Shown here: one piece after another, positions 44,393 through 61,412 of the stretch | How positions within the stretch are numbered: position 1 is the first letter of the stretch | Layout: every line of letters begins with the position of its first letter | Assembly: GCA_964016885.1 (NCBI GenBank) | Contig: OZ024741.1 | Location: forward strand, 110,112,001-110,176,000 | Reading direction: 5' to 3' | DNA length: 64,000 bases | Source: Eledone cirrhosa | Lineage: Eukaryota | Notes under the pieces: generated by a model | What the model saw: the letters and a program-made list of their open reading frames with translations, nothing else | Told to the model about the DNA's origin: nothing | Database searches by the model: none | Position numbers and translations under genes: made by a program

Positions 44393-44746
44393 GTGTGTAC
44401 AGTAAAGAGAGAATAACACACGTATATATTTAGTTAATATATTCTTCACCTTGGCGATTGTCGATTTTTTATCCCTTATGATTTGAACGCACACATATAT
44501 ATATGTGTCTTCTCTCTTTACCGTGTTATAAATCTGAATTTTTTCCTTGGTTTAATTTGATCATAGGGGAATATTGTGAGTTTTACATAATATATATAAT
44601 ACATAATATATATAATCCTTATATATATTTCAGAAGAACCCATTAAGCGGCGATTTTTTGCTTAAACTTTAATCTGTTCTTAAAAAAATAAAAAAAGATA
44701 TACATATATATATAAATGAAGTATATATATGAAGTATATAAATGAA

Positions 44747-44788
<42 letters not shown>

Positions 44789-44880
44789 AAGTATTTCTGT
44801 CGGAAAGGTACAGGAAAAAAAGAGTGCTCTATGTAGGCTACAGAACTTATTAGTTATGTAAAAACACCATGTTTTTTTTA

Positions 44881-44938
44881 TTCATTCTGACGACTGAAAA
44901 CAGATACATCTGCTTTCAAGTAACCACTGGTAAATGAA
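44881..44938 (+). ncRNA. Hammerhead-like motif, separate family (A13 substituted)
   Basis: ttcatt CTGACGA ctgaaa a cagat ac atctg c tttcaa GTA acc act ggt A aatgaa. Confidence 0.6.
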
Positions 44939-44963
44939 ATAATTATCTTATGTTGTTTATTAC

Positions 44964-45002
<39 letters not shown>

Positions 45003-45017
45003 ATATATATATATATA

Positions 45018-45103
<86 letters not shown>

Positions 45104-45266
45104 CAGTGATTACGTAATAAATAGAATGTAGTAAAATCATACCATATGCTATAACAACACTCAGCTATACTACGCTGAGTGCTCAATCCTGCTTATATAA
45201 GTCTTTATATACTTATAGTCACAATCAGAAAAATATAACAGATTAATTAACATAAAATTCCCAGTT

Positions 45267-45364
<98 letters not shown>

Positions 45365-45664
45365 TAATGAACAGATCGATACTGCATTCAGGTTTATCTT
45401 ATCGATTAATACCACGAGCTGATAGTCTGTGAAGCATATGCTTGATATTATTACATATCAAACGATTGATAAGTAATAAAAACATTTTCAAGTGAAACTT
45501 CGCCATCTCATGCATAGTGTGTATACGTTGTTGATTACATACATATAACAGATCGCCAGATCAACGCACGTTCTTAGGAATCACACTGTTTAAGTAGTAG
45601 CATTTAGTTCTAATACTGGCGCCAGCTACTGTAATTAACGAAAATGTGTGTGTGTCTATATATA

Positions 45665-45743
<79 letters not shown>

Positions 45744-45804
45744 TCACACACTCGTACATAAACACACACACATATATAAACACCCACACGCACACACCCA
45801 CACC

Positions 45805-45884
<80 letters not shown>

Positions 45885-45987
45885 TACATATATTATATAC
45901 ATATATATATATATATTATATAACTCTGCGTGTGCATAGAGTGCTTGATTTGGTACGAAACCCAGTAATTCAATGTACTGCTCACGC

Positions 45988-46418
<431 letters not shown>

Positions 46419-46530
46419 GAGAGAGAGTGAGAGAGAGTGAGAGAGAGACAGATAGATATAGATATATAGTAGACAGTCAGAGCCGGACAGCTGAGATTTT
46501 GCCATCTCGACAGCAAATACAAATACACAC

Positions 46531-46561
<31 letters not shown>

Positions 46562-46765
46562 TATATATGTAACTGTATACTATATTATATGTATTTATAT
46601 ATTTATCTATTTATATATATATATATATTATATATATATATATATATAATTTGATATATAATTTTTACATATATATATATATTATATATAATTTTATATA
46701 TAATTATATATATATATATAGTTATATATATGTATAATTATGTATATATATATACATATATCTGC

Positions 46766-46834
<69 letters not shown>

Positions 46835-47012
46835 TATATATATATATATATATATACAAATATATATACATATATATGCATTTATATATATATATATGTA
46901 TATATATACAAATATATATATACATATATATGCTTTTATATATATATATATATATATATACAAATATATATATACATATATATGCATTTATATATATATA
47001 TATATATATATA

Positions 47013-47098
<86 letters not shown>

Positions 47099-47689
47099 CA
47101 TATATATGTATATATATTTATATATACACACATATATATATGTATATATATTTATATATATATATAGCGTATCAGCATCTTAATACATACGCATGAATGT
47201 TTTAAGTTCTATACTTTTATGTTACATAAATATGTATTTATGTGAATCATTCATAAAATTTCATGTATATATATATATATATTTAATAAATTTTTGCACT
47301 TCTTAAAAAATCTTTCACTATTGAAACCCTAAATAAATAGTATACTTAATTTCTATATCTGTAATCATAAGTATCATCATCCATAAACCTCATTAACTTT
47401 TAAATTTAAAATCTTATTAATTTATTTAATTTATTTAATTTATTTATAAATTTTACAACCGTTTTTTTTTCAGTCATCTCTCTGTGTGAGACAGCGTTTC
47501 TCAGTTTAAATATTTATATCTCTCTCTTTTCTCTCCTCTCTCTTTCTCTCGCCTTCCTCCTTCTTATAATCTTCCTCCGTTATTCTTTCCTTCTTTTTTC
47601 CTTTTCCTTTCTTCATCTTCCTTACCCTTCTCCCCTTCCTTTCCTTTTTCGAATCTTCTATATCCTTTTAAATTTATTTATCATATGTT

Positions 47690-47940
47690 GTTTAGACACT
47701 ACCTTGCTCACAAATGTCATTTTTAAGCTTCATATTATGTCTCCTTATTTTATCTGATGAGAACGCAAATATCGTCCCTGGATGATATTTGTTTTTGAAA
47801 TGCGCATAATAAAATACATGGAACTTTTCTAACCATCTTTTAATTTCTTCGTATATATACTCCAGTCCAATAAACTGTTGAGTGCTACTTATCCGATATT
47901 TGCATTGCTTCATTGTGCTACAATAAAACCACCTCCTCCT
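47690..47940 (+). mobile_element. Family B element; HHR at 47746-47816
   Basis: tattttat CTGATGA...GAA atgcgcat A ataaaata. Confidence 0.8.
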
Positions 47941-48110
<170 letters not shown>

Positions 48111-48593
48111 TATATATACAAACATAAATTATCGAGATTCGTATTTCGGCCGACGAAATAACGAAAAACAACCTCCGAGATGTGAGGCAAGTGCTCAATG
48201 GTTCAGATAAACCAGAGCTATAACAAACGTTAAACGCCAAACACACTGAGACGATGGTTAAACAATCATTCGCATAGCCCCCCAAAAAACGATCAAGTAA
48301 TTCGGGTATTGAAAATTTATCCGGACCCCTGGAAGGTTGGTAAAATCCAGTCTTTAGGTTTCTGCGGCTCCTAAATCAAGTACCGTCCGCTTACATAAAT
48401 AATGTCAGACTTCTGGTAAGATGATTGAACATATATACATATATATATATACATATATATGTATATATACATATATATGTATATATGTATATATATGAAA
48501 AATTCATGACCCACGACGGCTGAGCTCCTGCAGTTTCAATAGCTAGATCTGAATGGAGAATAATGGTTTGAATGGTTTTACTGCATCCATATT

Positions 48594-48635
<42 letters not shown>

Positions 48636-48985
48636 TACACACACACATATATATATATACATACTTCTATATATACATATAGATATAAATATAAGTATAT
48701 AGTTGTGTATGTATATATATATATACATACATAAATAAATAAAATTTATATATACATACATAAATACAAACATATATATATATATATACATATATATATA
48801 TGAGTGTGTGTGTGCGCGCATATATATCAGTGTGTGTTTGTGTGTGTGTGTGCGTATGATAGGAATGGTCATCCGATGATAAACGGATAGCAACGTATTT
48901 AAAACAGTTACTTATTTCACCATGTAGAGAATTTCCTTAACATAGAATTTACTAAACTGAATTAGAACACTATCATTCTTTTGAA

Positions 48986-49084
<99 letters not shown>

Positions 49085-49141
49085 GGCAGTGCCCCAGCAT
49101 GGCCTCAGCCGGATGGCTGGAACAGGTAAAAGAGTAAAAGA

Positions 49142-49191
<50 letters not shown>

Positions 49192-49349
49192 TTCAAGGAA
49201 ACGACAAAACAGAGGTACAAAAAGTCTTAGTTTCACACTTTATAAGGAAGAGGGAAAGAAAGTTGGACGTGTCGGTCTTTAACCCTTCTTCAGAAATACA
49301 AAAATATTTATCCACGCCTTCTGACTGCTCCATTTTACCATCCGGTCCA

Positions 49350-49380
<31 letters not shown>

Positions 49381-49393
49381 GCATACACACATT

Positions 49394-49526
49394 TATGTAT
49401 ATGTATATATATATGATGCGAAATCACACGTACATGCATACACGAATAAATATGTATTCACATATGTAAATATGTATGCATGTATGTATGAATGTATACA
49501 CACACATGCACACACACACACAAACG

Positions 49527-49606
<80 letters not shown>

Positions 49607-49620
49607 TACACACATTTATG

Positions 49621-49696
<76 letters not shown>

Positions 49697-49830
49697 CGTT
49701 TGTGTGTGTGTGTGCATGTGTGTGTATACATTCATACATACATGCATACATATTTACATATGTGAATACATATTTATTCGTGTATGCATGTACGTGTGAT
49801 TTCGCATCATATATATATACATATACATAT
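49394..49830. repeat. ~435-bp perfect palindrome of microsatellite-derived sequence
   Basis: gatgcgaaatcacacgtacatgcatacacgaataaat... mirrored around ~49625. Confidence 0.85.
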
Positions 49831-50819
49831 ATTTCAGACACACACATATATATGTATGTAAAAAATAAACAGAAATAACAACATAATCGGTACAGTATAT
49901 GGAAGGGATATATTAGGTTATGCACAAATATATATGTAATTACCAATACATAAACCTACACATTGATGGTAGTAAATCTGTTTATATACCTTATTCTACA
50001 CGTTTGTCTAGCAATACACATCTGCTGGCCAATCAGTGTCAACTTCCCTCCTTATCACGTGACGAGACATAAAGCTGTATCTCGTAACATCACACCATCA
50101 CCCCTCCCGTTGCAACAATAATAACTACACCGACAAGAATTAGTATTACTGGAACGGACCTCCATCAGTTTCGACGACTTGTTTTGTAGTCTGACTAGGT
50201 AAATTACTGAGCCTGCGTTTTCTAATAGACAATCCACACCCACCCACGACAAATCATGTGACTGGTCATAATAACATACGACCTTCTACCTCACTTTTGA
50301 CATTTCTACAATGTTGTCTCACGGTAAAGATGTTTATTCTTTTATCTATTGATTTCAGGAAATTATATATTTAATTATATATTTTATTTAATTATTTAAA
50401 TTTGTTTGAAAATCTGCTACTTTAAAGTTCAGTGATGTGGGGACGCTACCTTTGAGGCCCACAATGCAGCCTTCATGGGACAAACCTCAGATAGGGGCAA
50501 TACTGGAACATAATGCATCACAGTTTTATATAAATTTGTATAATTAACAAAATTATATAATAATATCAAGCGATCAATAAATAAATCACTAAACACTTGT
50601 GTCACACAGCAGCATTGTGAAAATATTGAAAGTGACGGAAAGAGTCGTATGGTAATATGGCCTGACTTGGTTTAGCTGAGTGTTTTGGCAAGTCATCGCC
50701 CTCCAGTGGTAAACGATGAAATAAAGAATACGAAAACGTTAGTCCAGTGTTCAATCTATGGTCATCCCATCGTTAGTCCCCTATTTAAGCTATGTTAGTC
50801 TACTATTTAGTCCAGTATT

Positions 50820-52780
50820 TATCTAAAATTAGTCCAGGTTTCAAGCTATGGTTATCTAAAATTAGTTCAGGTTTCAAGCTATGGTTATCTAAAATTAGTC
50901 CAGTGTTCAAGCTATGGTTATCTAAAATTAGTCCAGTGTTCAAGCTATGGTTATCTAAAATTAGTCCAGTGTTCAAGCTATGGTTATCTGAAATTAGTCC
51001 AGTGTTCAAGCTGTGGTCATCTGAAATTAGTCCAGGTTTCAAGCTATGGTTATCTAAAATTAGTCCAGGTTTCAAGCTATGGTTATCTAAAATTAGTCCA
51101 GTGTTCAAGCTATGGTTATCTAAAATTAGTCCAGTGTTCAAGCTATGGTTATCTAAAATTAGTCCAGTGTTCAAGCTATGGTTATCTGAAATTAGTCCAG
51201 TGTTCAAGCTGTGGTCATCTGAAATTAGTCCAGGTTTCAAGCTATGGTTATCTAAAATTAGTCCAGGTTTCAAGCTATGGTTATCTAAAATTAGTCCAGT
51301 GTTCAAGCTATGGTTATCTAAAATTAGTCCAGTGTTCAAGCTATGGTTATCTAAAATTAGTCCAGTGTTCAAGCTATGGTTATCTGAAATTAGTCCAGTG
51401 TTCAAGCTGTGGTCATCTGAAATTAGTCCAGGTTTCAAGCTATGGTTATCTAAAATTAGTCCAGGTTTCAAGCTATGGTTATCTAAAATTAGTCCAGTGT
51501 TCAAGCTATGGTTATCTAAAATTAGTCCAGTGTTCAAGCTATGGTTATCTAAAATTAGTCCAGTGTTCAAGCTATGGTTATCTGAAATTAGTCCAGTGTT
51601 CAAGCTGTGGTCATCTGAAATTAGTCCAGGTTTCAAGCTATGGTTATCTAAAATTAGTCCAGGTTTCAAGCTATGGTTATCTAAAATTAGTCCAGTGTTC
51701 AAGCTATGGTTATCTGAAATTAGTCCAGTGTTCAAGTTATGGTTATCTAAAAGTAGTCCAGTGTTCAAGCTATGGTTATCTAAAATTAGTCCAGTGTTTA
51801 AGCTATGGTTATCTGAAATTAGTCCAGTGTTCAAGCTATGGTTATCTGAAATTAGTCCAGTGTTCAAGTTATGGTTATCTAAAAGTAGTCCAGTGTTCAA
51901 GCTATGGTTATCTAAAATTAGTCCAGTGTTTAAGCTATGGTTATCTGAAATTAGTCCAGTGTTCAAGTTATGGTTATCTAAAATTAGTCCAGTGTTCAAG
52001 CTATTGTTATCTAAAATTAGTCCAGTGTTTAAGCTATGGTTATCTGAAATTAGTCCAGTGTTCAAGCTATGGTTATCTAAAATTAGTCCAGTGTTCAAGC
52101 TATGGTTATCTAAAAGTAGTCCAGTGTTCAAGCTATGGTTATCTAAAATTAGTCCAGTGTTCAAGCTATGGTTATCTAAAAGTAGTCCAGTGTTCAAGCT
52201 ATGGTTATCTAAAATTAGTCCAGTGTTCAAGCTGTGGTTATCTGAAATTAGTCCAGTGTTCAAGTTATGGTTATCTAAAAGTAGTCCAGTGTTCAAGCTA
52301 TGGTTATCTAAAATTAGTCCAGTGTTTAAGCTATGGTTATCTGAAATTAGTCCAGTGTTCAAGTTATGGTTATCTAAAATTAGTCCAGTGTTCAAGCTAT
52401 GGTTATCTAAAATTAGTCCAGTGTTTAAGCTATGGTTATCTGAAATTAGTCCAGTGTTCAAGTTATGGTTATCTAAAATTAGTCCAGTGTTCAAGCTATG
52501 GTTATCTAAAATTAGTCCAGTGTTTAAGCTATGGTTATCTGAAATTAGTCCAGTGTTCAAGCTATGGTTATCTAAAATTAGTCCAGTGTTTAAGCTATGG
52601 TCATCTGAAATTAGTCCAGTGTTCAAGCTACGATCGTTAGTCCTGTGCTCAAGCCATGGTCATCTAAAATTAGTTCCATGTTCAAGCTATGATCATCTTA
52701 TTATTAGTCCAGTGTTCAAGCCATGGTCATCAAAAATTAGTGCAGTGTTCAAACTACGGTCATCTCAATGTTAGTCTTGT
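50820..52780. repeat. 33-bp minisatellite (~58 units) with a 198-bp higher-order repeat
   Basis: Unit atctaaaattagtccagtgttcaagctatggtt. The variant gctgtggtcatctg recurs at 51010, 51208, 51406 and 51604. Confidence 0.95.
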
Positions 52781-53210
52781 GTTCAAGATAATTCATGTCA
52801 TCGTTTTTCAATCAGTGTACTTTGAACCATATAAACTAATGAAGCCTTAACATAAGAATTATAGCAGTTTTTGCTGCTAATTCTGGTATGCGATGCTCAT
52901 CCTGAAGAAATTGTCCCTGCTGACTATTACAATCAAACATACACTAGGTTTGACCTCATCGTTGGTCTCAGGACCCATGTTACATATATCAATTTGTGGT
53001 GAAATAATCAACGACAAAACTAGACACATTGACACAGAGACAGTATATAGTATATATAACCCAAGTATCGACTACTCTCTTGAGTGATTAACTAACTAGT
53101 TTTTAAACTAGTTCTTTCTTGATATATATATATTTATGCATTATGTATATATACATAAATGATGCATAAATGTTTATGTATATATGCATGTGTATGTGCA
53201 TACCACACGC

Positions 53211-53245
<35 letters not shown>

Positions 53246-53354
53246 ATAATATTCAAACAAAATTGACTCAAAATTAGTATCCAAATAAAGAATACATCAC
53301 TCACAAATGGAATTCTTTATTTTCTATCTGTAACCTTGGTCATACAAACACGGA

Positions 53355-53410
<56 letters not shown>

Positions 53411-53432
53411 GTGTGTATATATATACATATTG

Positions 53433-53767
<335 letters not shown>

Positions 53768-53786
53768 ATATATATGTATATATGTG

Positions 53787-53884
<98 letters not shown>

Positions 53885-54264
53885 TACATATATATATATA
53901 GTTATAGATATAGATATATGTGCGTGTGTGTGTGTCTGTGTGTGTGTGTATGTGTCTGTGTGTGTCTGTGTGTGTGTGTGTGTGTGTGTATTCCATATAT
54001 ATATATATATATGTGTGTGCGTGTGTGTGTGTATGTATGTAAAAGGTAAACAGAAATAACAACACAATCGGTACAGTATATAGAAGGGATATATTAGGTT
54101 AACACTTGATATAGCAGGAAGAGGGTGTTACGGTTTGAACGCTAGTCGTTTATCAGAAGAAAGAATGAGAAATAAAATAGTTTGAGGGGACGGCGGGTTG
54201 GAATTGGAAAAAAATGTCTTTAGATAAAAATAACAGGTCCATTCATGTTGACATCTCTTGCAAT

Positions 54265-54703
54265 ATATATAGTGAAGAATAAGTATGCATAATCACTTTT
54301 TACAATTAATTCTGAAAATTTCCATTACAAATGTTTCGACGAGTTTGACGACTATGCAGTGTGTTGGTTCCATAGCATCAATCCAGCCACTTCAGATGGT
54401 TTTCCGAAGATTATTTATACCTAGCTCTGCTTTTCTGGAAAACCCGAGTGGATAGATAGGGGACCTAATAAAATTCCATCTCTTCTCTCTCAATATCAGG
54501 TCCCATATCTCTCCTCTTCGGTTTTTCCAGAAAACCAGAGGTGGGTATAAATAATGTTCGGAAAACCACCTGAAGTGGCAGGATTGATGCTATGGAACCA
54601 ACACACTGCATAGTCATCAAATCCGTCGAAACATTTGTACTAGAAATTCTTCGAATAAATTGTTGTATAAATACATCATCCATACTTATTCTTCACTGCA
54701 TAT
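54265..54703. mobile_element. Diverged fold-back element carrying an extended-stem-II HHR on both arms
   Basis: Arms 54268-54470 and 54492-54703. Minus 54322-54399: ccat CTGAAGT ggc..long stem..gtc GAA acatttgt A atgg. Plus copy at 54566-54643. Confidence 0.75.
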
Positions 54704-54861
54704 ACTCCGCCTCGACCACCAGATGTAAACTGGGACATTGCAGGAAGTTGAGTGCTTACCCCAGGACACTTCCAGATCTACCAGTTACAATACCCTAACT
54801 GGTCGTCTACCTGCATTGCATATAATATATATACATATATATATATATACACACACAAGCA

Positions 54862-54910
<49 letters not shown>

Positions 54911-54930
54911 GTATATATATATATATATAT

Positions 54931-55055
54931 ATTAAAATAACAGATTAGAGTTTAAGCAAAAAATCGCTGCTTTCACCCTTAACGGGATCTTCAGAAGATC
55001 CCGTTAAGGGTGAAAGCAGCAATTTTTTGCTTAAACTCTAATCTGTTATTTTAAT
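54931..55055. mobile_element. Family D palindrome centred on the HHR core
   Basis: Near-perfect 125-bp palindrome centred at 54993 (gatcttc a gaagatc). Confidence 0.85.
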
Positions 55056-55084
55056 AAATATTTTCTCTAGGGTTCTTATATATT

Positions 55085-55646
<562 letters not shown>

Positions 55647-55676
55647 TACTATATATATATATATATATGTGTGTGT

Positions 55677-55906
55677 ATATCACAGAAAAAAGAGAATCAG
55701 TGTTGCGAGGAATGGAATTTATTGGACATATTCCAATCGTTTCTCTGGCGACCAGCTCGAGGCACGATCGATGTGATGATCGAACCTGACTCTGAAATTC
55801 GCAAGGTCCTCAGATACATCTTGATTCTACGAAGCAGATTTTCTTTATGTCCTATGTCCAATAAATTCCATTCGTCGCAACACTGATTCTCTTTTTTCTG
55901 TGATAT
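55677..55906. mobile_element. Fold-back element with ~55-bp arms
   Basis: atatcacagaaaaaagagaatcagtgttgcgaggaatggaatttattggacata and its reverse complement at 55853-55906. Confidence 0.75.
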
Positions 55907-55979
55907 CATATTCTTCTCTATGAGAGCATCGAGTGCTCAAACGGCCTACCGCACACGGACGCTTTAAGCATCCAACGCC

Positions 55980-56024
<45 letters not shown>

Positions 56025-56764
56025 TATATATATTTATATATTAATATATATATTAATATATATATAATTTTTATTTAATGGGCGAAGACAACGGGAAAAC
56101 GGACGATACATAGGGCAGTCCCTTTTCATCAGTCAACTACATATATAATGTGTGCATGCATACATACATACATACATACATACATACATACATACATACA
56201 TACATACATACATACATACATACATACATTAGAGTATGTGTTTAGAATGTCATAGTATTTAATACATTCAAATGTTAATTGTGAGTTGAGTGTAGAATTT
56301 ATTTTCTAAGTTTCAGCTTAATTGTTATTAATACAGATCGTTTCGTCGATGTTGTTGACTTATTAAAATAAACTGTTTTGATAAGTGGAAAATATCGGTG
56401 TATGTTCGAAGTAAAGAATCGTCATAAATAACAACTACCAGGCGTGGTATATGAGTCCTTAATTCATTTATATAGACAGGCAGACAGACAGGCGGAGGGA
56501 TAAACAGTCGGATAGATAGATAGAGAGAAAGAAAGAAATAGAGAAAGAGAGAGAGAGAGATGGACTAGTTGATTGATAACTAGATCGATCGAAAGATCGA
56601 TAGATATAGATATTGGCAGGTAGGTCGGTATGTAGGGAAGTAGGTGGGTAAATGAGTAAGTAGGTAGATATCTAGTAAGAGAGATAGAGAGGGAGAGAGA
56701 GTGACAGAGAGAGATTGGCTGATTGATAAATAGCTAGATCGATCGAAAGATATATATATTCATT

Positions 56765-56990
56765 CATTCCTGTTGTGCAACACAGGGCAACAAACTTATG
56801 AAGTGCATGTCGGAGATCACCTTCTGATAAGTTAAGTAGAACGATGTTGTCCGCAAACTCCAGCTTACTAATCCTACACCCGTCAATCTCAATATTATTT
56901 CCAGCCCGGCTACACATGTCAATCTTGTCTATGAAGATTATAATAGGAGAGGTGACAGTAAGCACTCTTGGCGGAGTCCGACACCTACAT
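56765..56990 (-). mobile_element. RTE RT fragment related to 2500-3775
   Basis: SPIIIFIDKIDMCS...SKLEFADNIVLLNLSEGDLRHAL. Confidence 0.7.
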
Positions 56991-57395
56991 TTAGTACAAT
57001 TTATCCAACCACAAATACCATTAGCGACTTCAGGGCAACAAAAAGCTGTCCGTCGAGTGGCTGCATCTCGCTTTCGAGAATAGCCATCACGTGACCTTTT
57101 TCTCAAACATGAATGACACAAACGTGACATTTTAGCCCTGCCAAGGACTTCGGCCAGCCATGCTCGAAAGATGTTTAGATAATTTAAACCTGTGCTTGAA
57201 GCTTTTTTAAGTAAAGAAAGGCCTTGCTCTGAACCAATCACACACACTGAACAACAATGCCAGGTATCCCAAAAAACAACAGGTCAACATCATTGGCGGC
57301 CATCCTAAAATGGTGCCCAAACGAGGATCAGGCCGCTCTCACTCCCGGTAGGGTAAACACACGCTCGGGCATAAAACTAAGTATTTCCATGTCCG

Positions 57396-57468
<73 letters not shown>

Positions 57469-57520
57469 GCGCACACACACATACATATATATATTCATTT
57501 TATTATGGCTAAATAGTGAG

Positions 57521-57570
57521 TCTTGTTACTCTGGAGTTTCGCCTGTTTACCACAGGGTGATCAGACAAGA
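57521..57570 (-). ncRNA. Hammerhead, family I (G8 mutated); relics at ~318-360 and ~5250-5275
   Basis: Minus strand: tcttgt CTGATCA c cctgt ggtaa acagg c GAA actc ca gagt A acaaga. Confidence 0.65.
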
Positions 57571-57941
57571 ACATACGGATATATATATATATATATGTAT
57601 ATATAAATATATATATATGTATAATATACATATACATATATATACATAACACTTGATGGTTGTTAATAGGTTGTTCAATACGTTAGTACTGATGATTTCA
57701 TACGAATGAAACAGTTCTAATCCTGTTAAAGTCATTCCAATAATATATATATATATATATATATGCATTTAGCCTTAATAAAATGAATATATATTTATAT
57801 GTAAATATATGTATGGAGAGATATGGTCAAGTTTGAGCCTTGAAACCTTGGGTAGCGCTTTTGTTCCGTGTATGAACATAAATAATATAATATAATTTAA
57901 TATGTGCGTGTGTGTGCGTGTACATATATATATATATGTAT

Positions 57942-58009
<68 letters not shown>

Positions 58010-58019
58010 CACGCACATA

Positions 58020-58323
58020 CATCGAAGACCTCCTTCGGTCACGATTGACCATGTGATTTGCACTTACAAATTTTCCCTCCGAGGCACAAGTCCGGGCAAG
58101 GCTGTTTGAGGAAGACCACCAGGCGCCCATGCATACCAGTCTCCCCTCTACACGCCACCGATGTTGTCCAAGGGAAAGGCTATGGTCGGTACAGCTTGGC
58201 ACCAGTGACGTCGCAGCTCATTTCTACAGCTGAGTAAACTGGAGCAACGTGAAATAAATGTCTTGCTTGCCCAAGGACACAATGCATCACCCGGTCTGAG
58301 AATCAAACTCATAACCTTTCGAT

Positions 58324-58325
<2 letters not shown>
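58020..58325 (-). mobile_element. CORE-type SINE
   Basis: Minus strand contains gtgtccttgggcaag...catttatttcacgttgctccagtttactcagctgtagaaatgag. A related fragment lies at ~1750-1800. Confidence 0.65.
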
Positions 58326-58389
<64 letters not shown>

Positions 58390-58492
58390 ATATTAATTTA
58401 ACAATAATATATACATATATATACATATATATATACATATATATACATATATATATATATACATATAATATATACATATATATATATATATA

Positions 58493-58666
<174 letters not shown>

Positions 58667-58771
58667 ATATTAATTTAACAATAATATATACATATATATA
58701 CATATATATATATACATATATATACATATATATACATATATATATACATATAATATATACATATATATATA

Positions 58772-58841
<70 letters not shown>

Positions 58842-60399
58842 TATATATATACATATTTATACATAGATAATGTATGTATAAATGTATATATTTATATAAA
58901 ATCTATGTATATATATATATAATATATGTATATATGTATGTATGTATGCATATATGTATGCACGCATGCATGTATGTATATATATAGTACAAATTTAAAG
59001 AAAAACAATAAAGACAAACAAGATAACAATTACCAAATGTTGGGATCGCGACTGTATGAAATGGAAAATAGGAAAATAGGAAAATAGGAAAATAGTGTCT
59101 GTGTGCACCCGCCTGTGTATTTGTGTTGTTACTGTTGTTACGGTCCACGCCTTGCATGTTTAGTCCCCTATGATGTTTCTTGGGTATCATTATGATAGGG
59201 GTCCCGGCTCTATCGTGTTGCCAATTTTCCGGTAACAGATAGGGAGCTTTGAACTCAGAGCACAGACACCGCGATAAGTACCCCAGAATGTTTACACCCA
59301 CAATAATTATTTAATCCGACGCTCCAACGATTTAGGGAAAATAACTTCACATGTATGTATGAGATGACCCCTTAGCCTTTGTCAAGGCAGAAGGAAACTC
59401 TGATATAACACCTGCAACTCTGATGGTATCCTATGATGTTGACTTGTTCTTCTTTTTGGTAAATATCATCTTGGTTAAGAGAGTGGGACTGGCTTTGTGC
59501 AGTGCCTTTGCTCACTATAAAAGCTTCACGGCACAGGCATTGCTTTATATCTGGAGATCTCTCTGCACTTGTCGTCACATGGTACCATGGGCCCAGCACT
59601 ATGTGTCAATAATTGTCACAAGTGTAGTGTTTGTACCAGAGTTTTCAAGTCGCTGGGCTGGACTAAAAAGTCACACTCGTTCAGCGCATCGGTAGGGGTT
59701 CTCCTACATGGCTATAAAGTAGTGGCCGTACTCGAAAACGAGTTGGCAGCCACCATATATATATGAATGTATGTATGCATATGTCTCACCATAGTTTTGC
59801 TTTTTTCATACGTGGAAAACATATACACACAACACACACAAACACAAACAAATGCACACAATACTCACATAAATATACAAAGCTGGCTAAATACAATATA
59901 CGTATTTATATGTATATATGCATATTTATTCATTTATGTGCATACACAAACACATAAACACACACATATATATATATATGCATATACTTATTTTCGTATA
60001 TATATATACACACACATATATGTGTGAGTGCGTGTGTGTGCATGTGTGTGAATCATAGCGTCGGTATTTACTGGTTTCCAACGCAGCAATTTCCGATTTA
60101 CTGCATTTCTAACTGCAACAATTATATATAAGGGAGTATTTGTATCTCGGTGCAGAACAAATATCATTGGAGGAGCCCCTGTTTTACTGTTTATTCGTTA
60201 TTTACATCCTTCGCTGGCATATACCGAAATATGGCCTGTGGTGTAAATAGTTTGTTTATGTTTGGCAACGAGGCTTTAAATGTTTACATTTCAAATTTAC
60301 CCCCTAAATTGATATATGGTGCACTATTGATATATACATATGTACCATTATATATTCATGTACAACACACATATATATATATATACATATATATTTATG

Positions 60400-60473
<74 letters not shown>

Positions 60474-60489
60474 CATATTAATATATACA

Positions 60490-60531
<42 letters not shown>

Positions 60532-60727
60532 TATATGTGTATGTATGTATATGTATGTATATGTATGTATGTAAATATATATGTATGTATATATATATAG
60601 TATCTATATATATAGTTTATATATATATGTATATATGTACATATATATGTACATATATGTGTGTGTGTGTACACATACACACACATATATATGTGTATAT
60701 ATATGTGTGTGTGTATGTATGTATATG

Positions 60728-60789
<62 letters not shown>

Positions 60790-60806
60790 AATAGATACAT
60801 ATATAT

Positions 60807-60871
60807 ATTTCTTTATTAGCCACAGGGGCACAAAAGAAGGGGACAAATACAAAGGGGGAAGTTTACATACA

Positions 60872-60872
<1 letters not shown>
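60807..60872 (-). mobile_element. 3'-end copy of the Tx1-like LINE next to (GATA)n
   Basis: Identical to 20897-20965 and flanked by (TAGA)n. Confidence 0.75.
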
Positions 60873-60934
<62 letters not shown>

Positions 60935-61030
60935 CTTCAATGACCAAACGCTTTGCAATAGTTTGTGTATATAAAAAAATGAATATATACAAAGGACAGT
61001 TGTATGTATATATATATATATATATATATA

Positions 61031-61232
61031 CGTTATTCCGGGTTGAATCGGAGGTAACCACAGTAAGTAAGGTACTCAATACATTGCAGAGTATAAAAGT
61101 TTTAATATAGATGAGATTCTACAGGACTAGAACTGTTTCATTCTTTAGAAATCATCAGGAATCTGTGGGATTCCTGATGATTTCTGAAGAATGAAACAGT
61201 TCTAGTCCTGTAGAATCTCATCTATATTAAAA

Positions 61233-61238
<6 letters not shown>
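61031..61238. mobile_element. Fold-back family C element (HHR minus 61114-61164, plus 61168-61218)
   Basis: Same structure and near-identical sequence to 11725-11952. Confidence 0.85.
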
Positions 61239-61283
<45 letters not shown>

Positions 61284-61300
61284 ATATAATATAGACATAT

Positions 61301-61412
<112 letters not shown>

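Noticed and set aside
50820-52780. 33-bp array as a CRISPR array
   Set aside because: Units are contiguous with no unique spacers, there are no cas genes and the context is eukaryotic.
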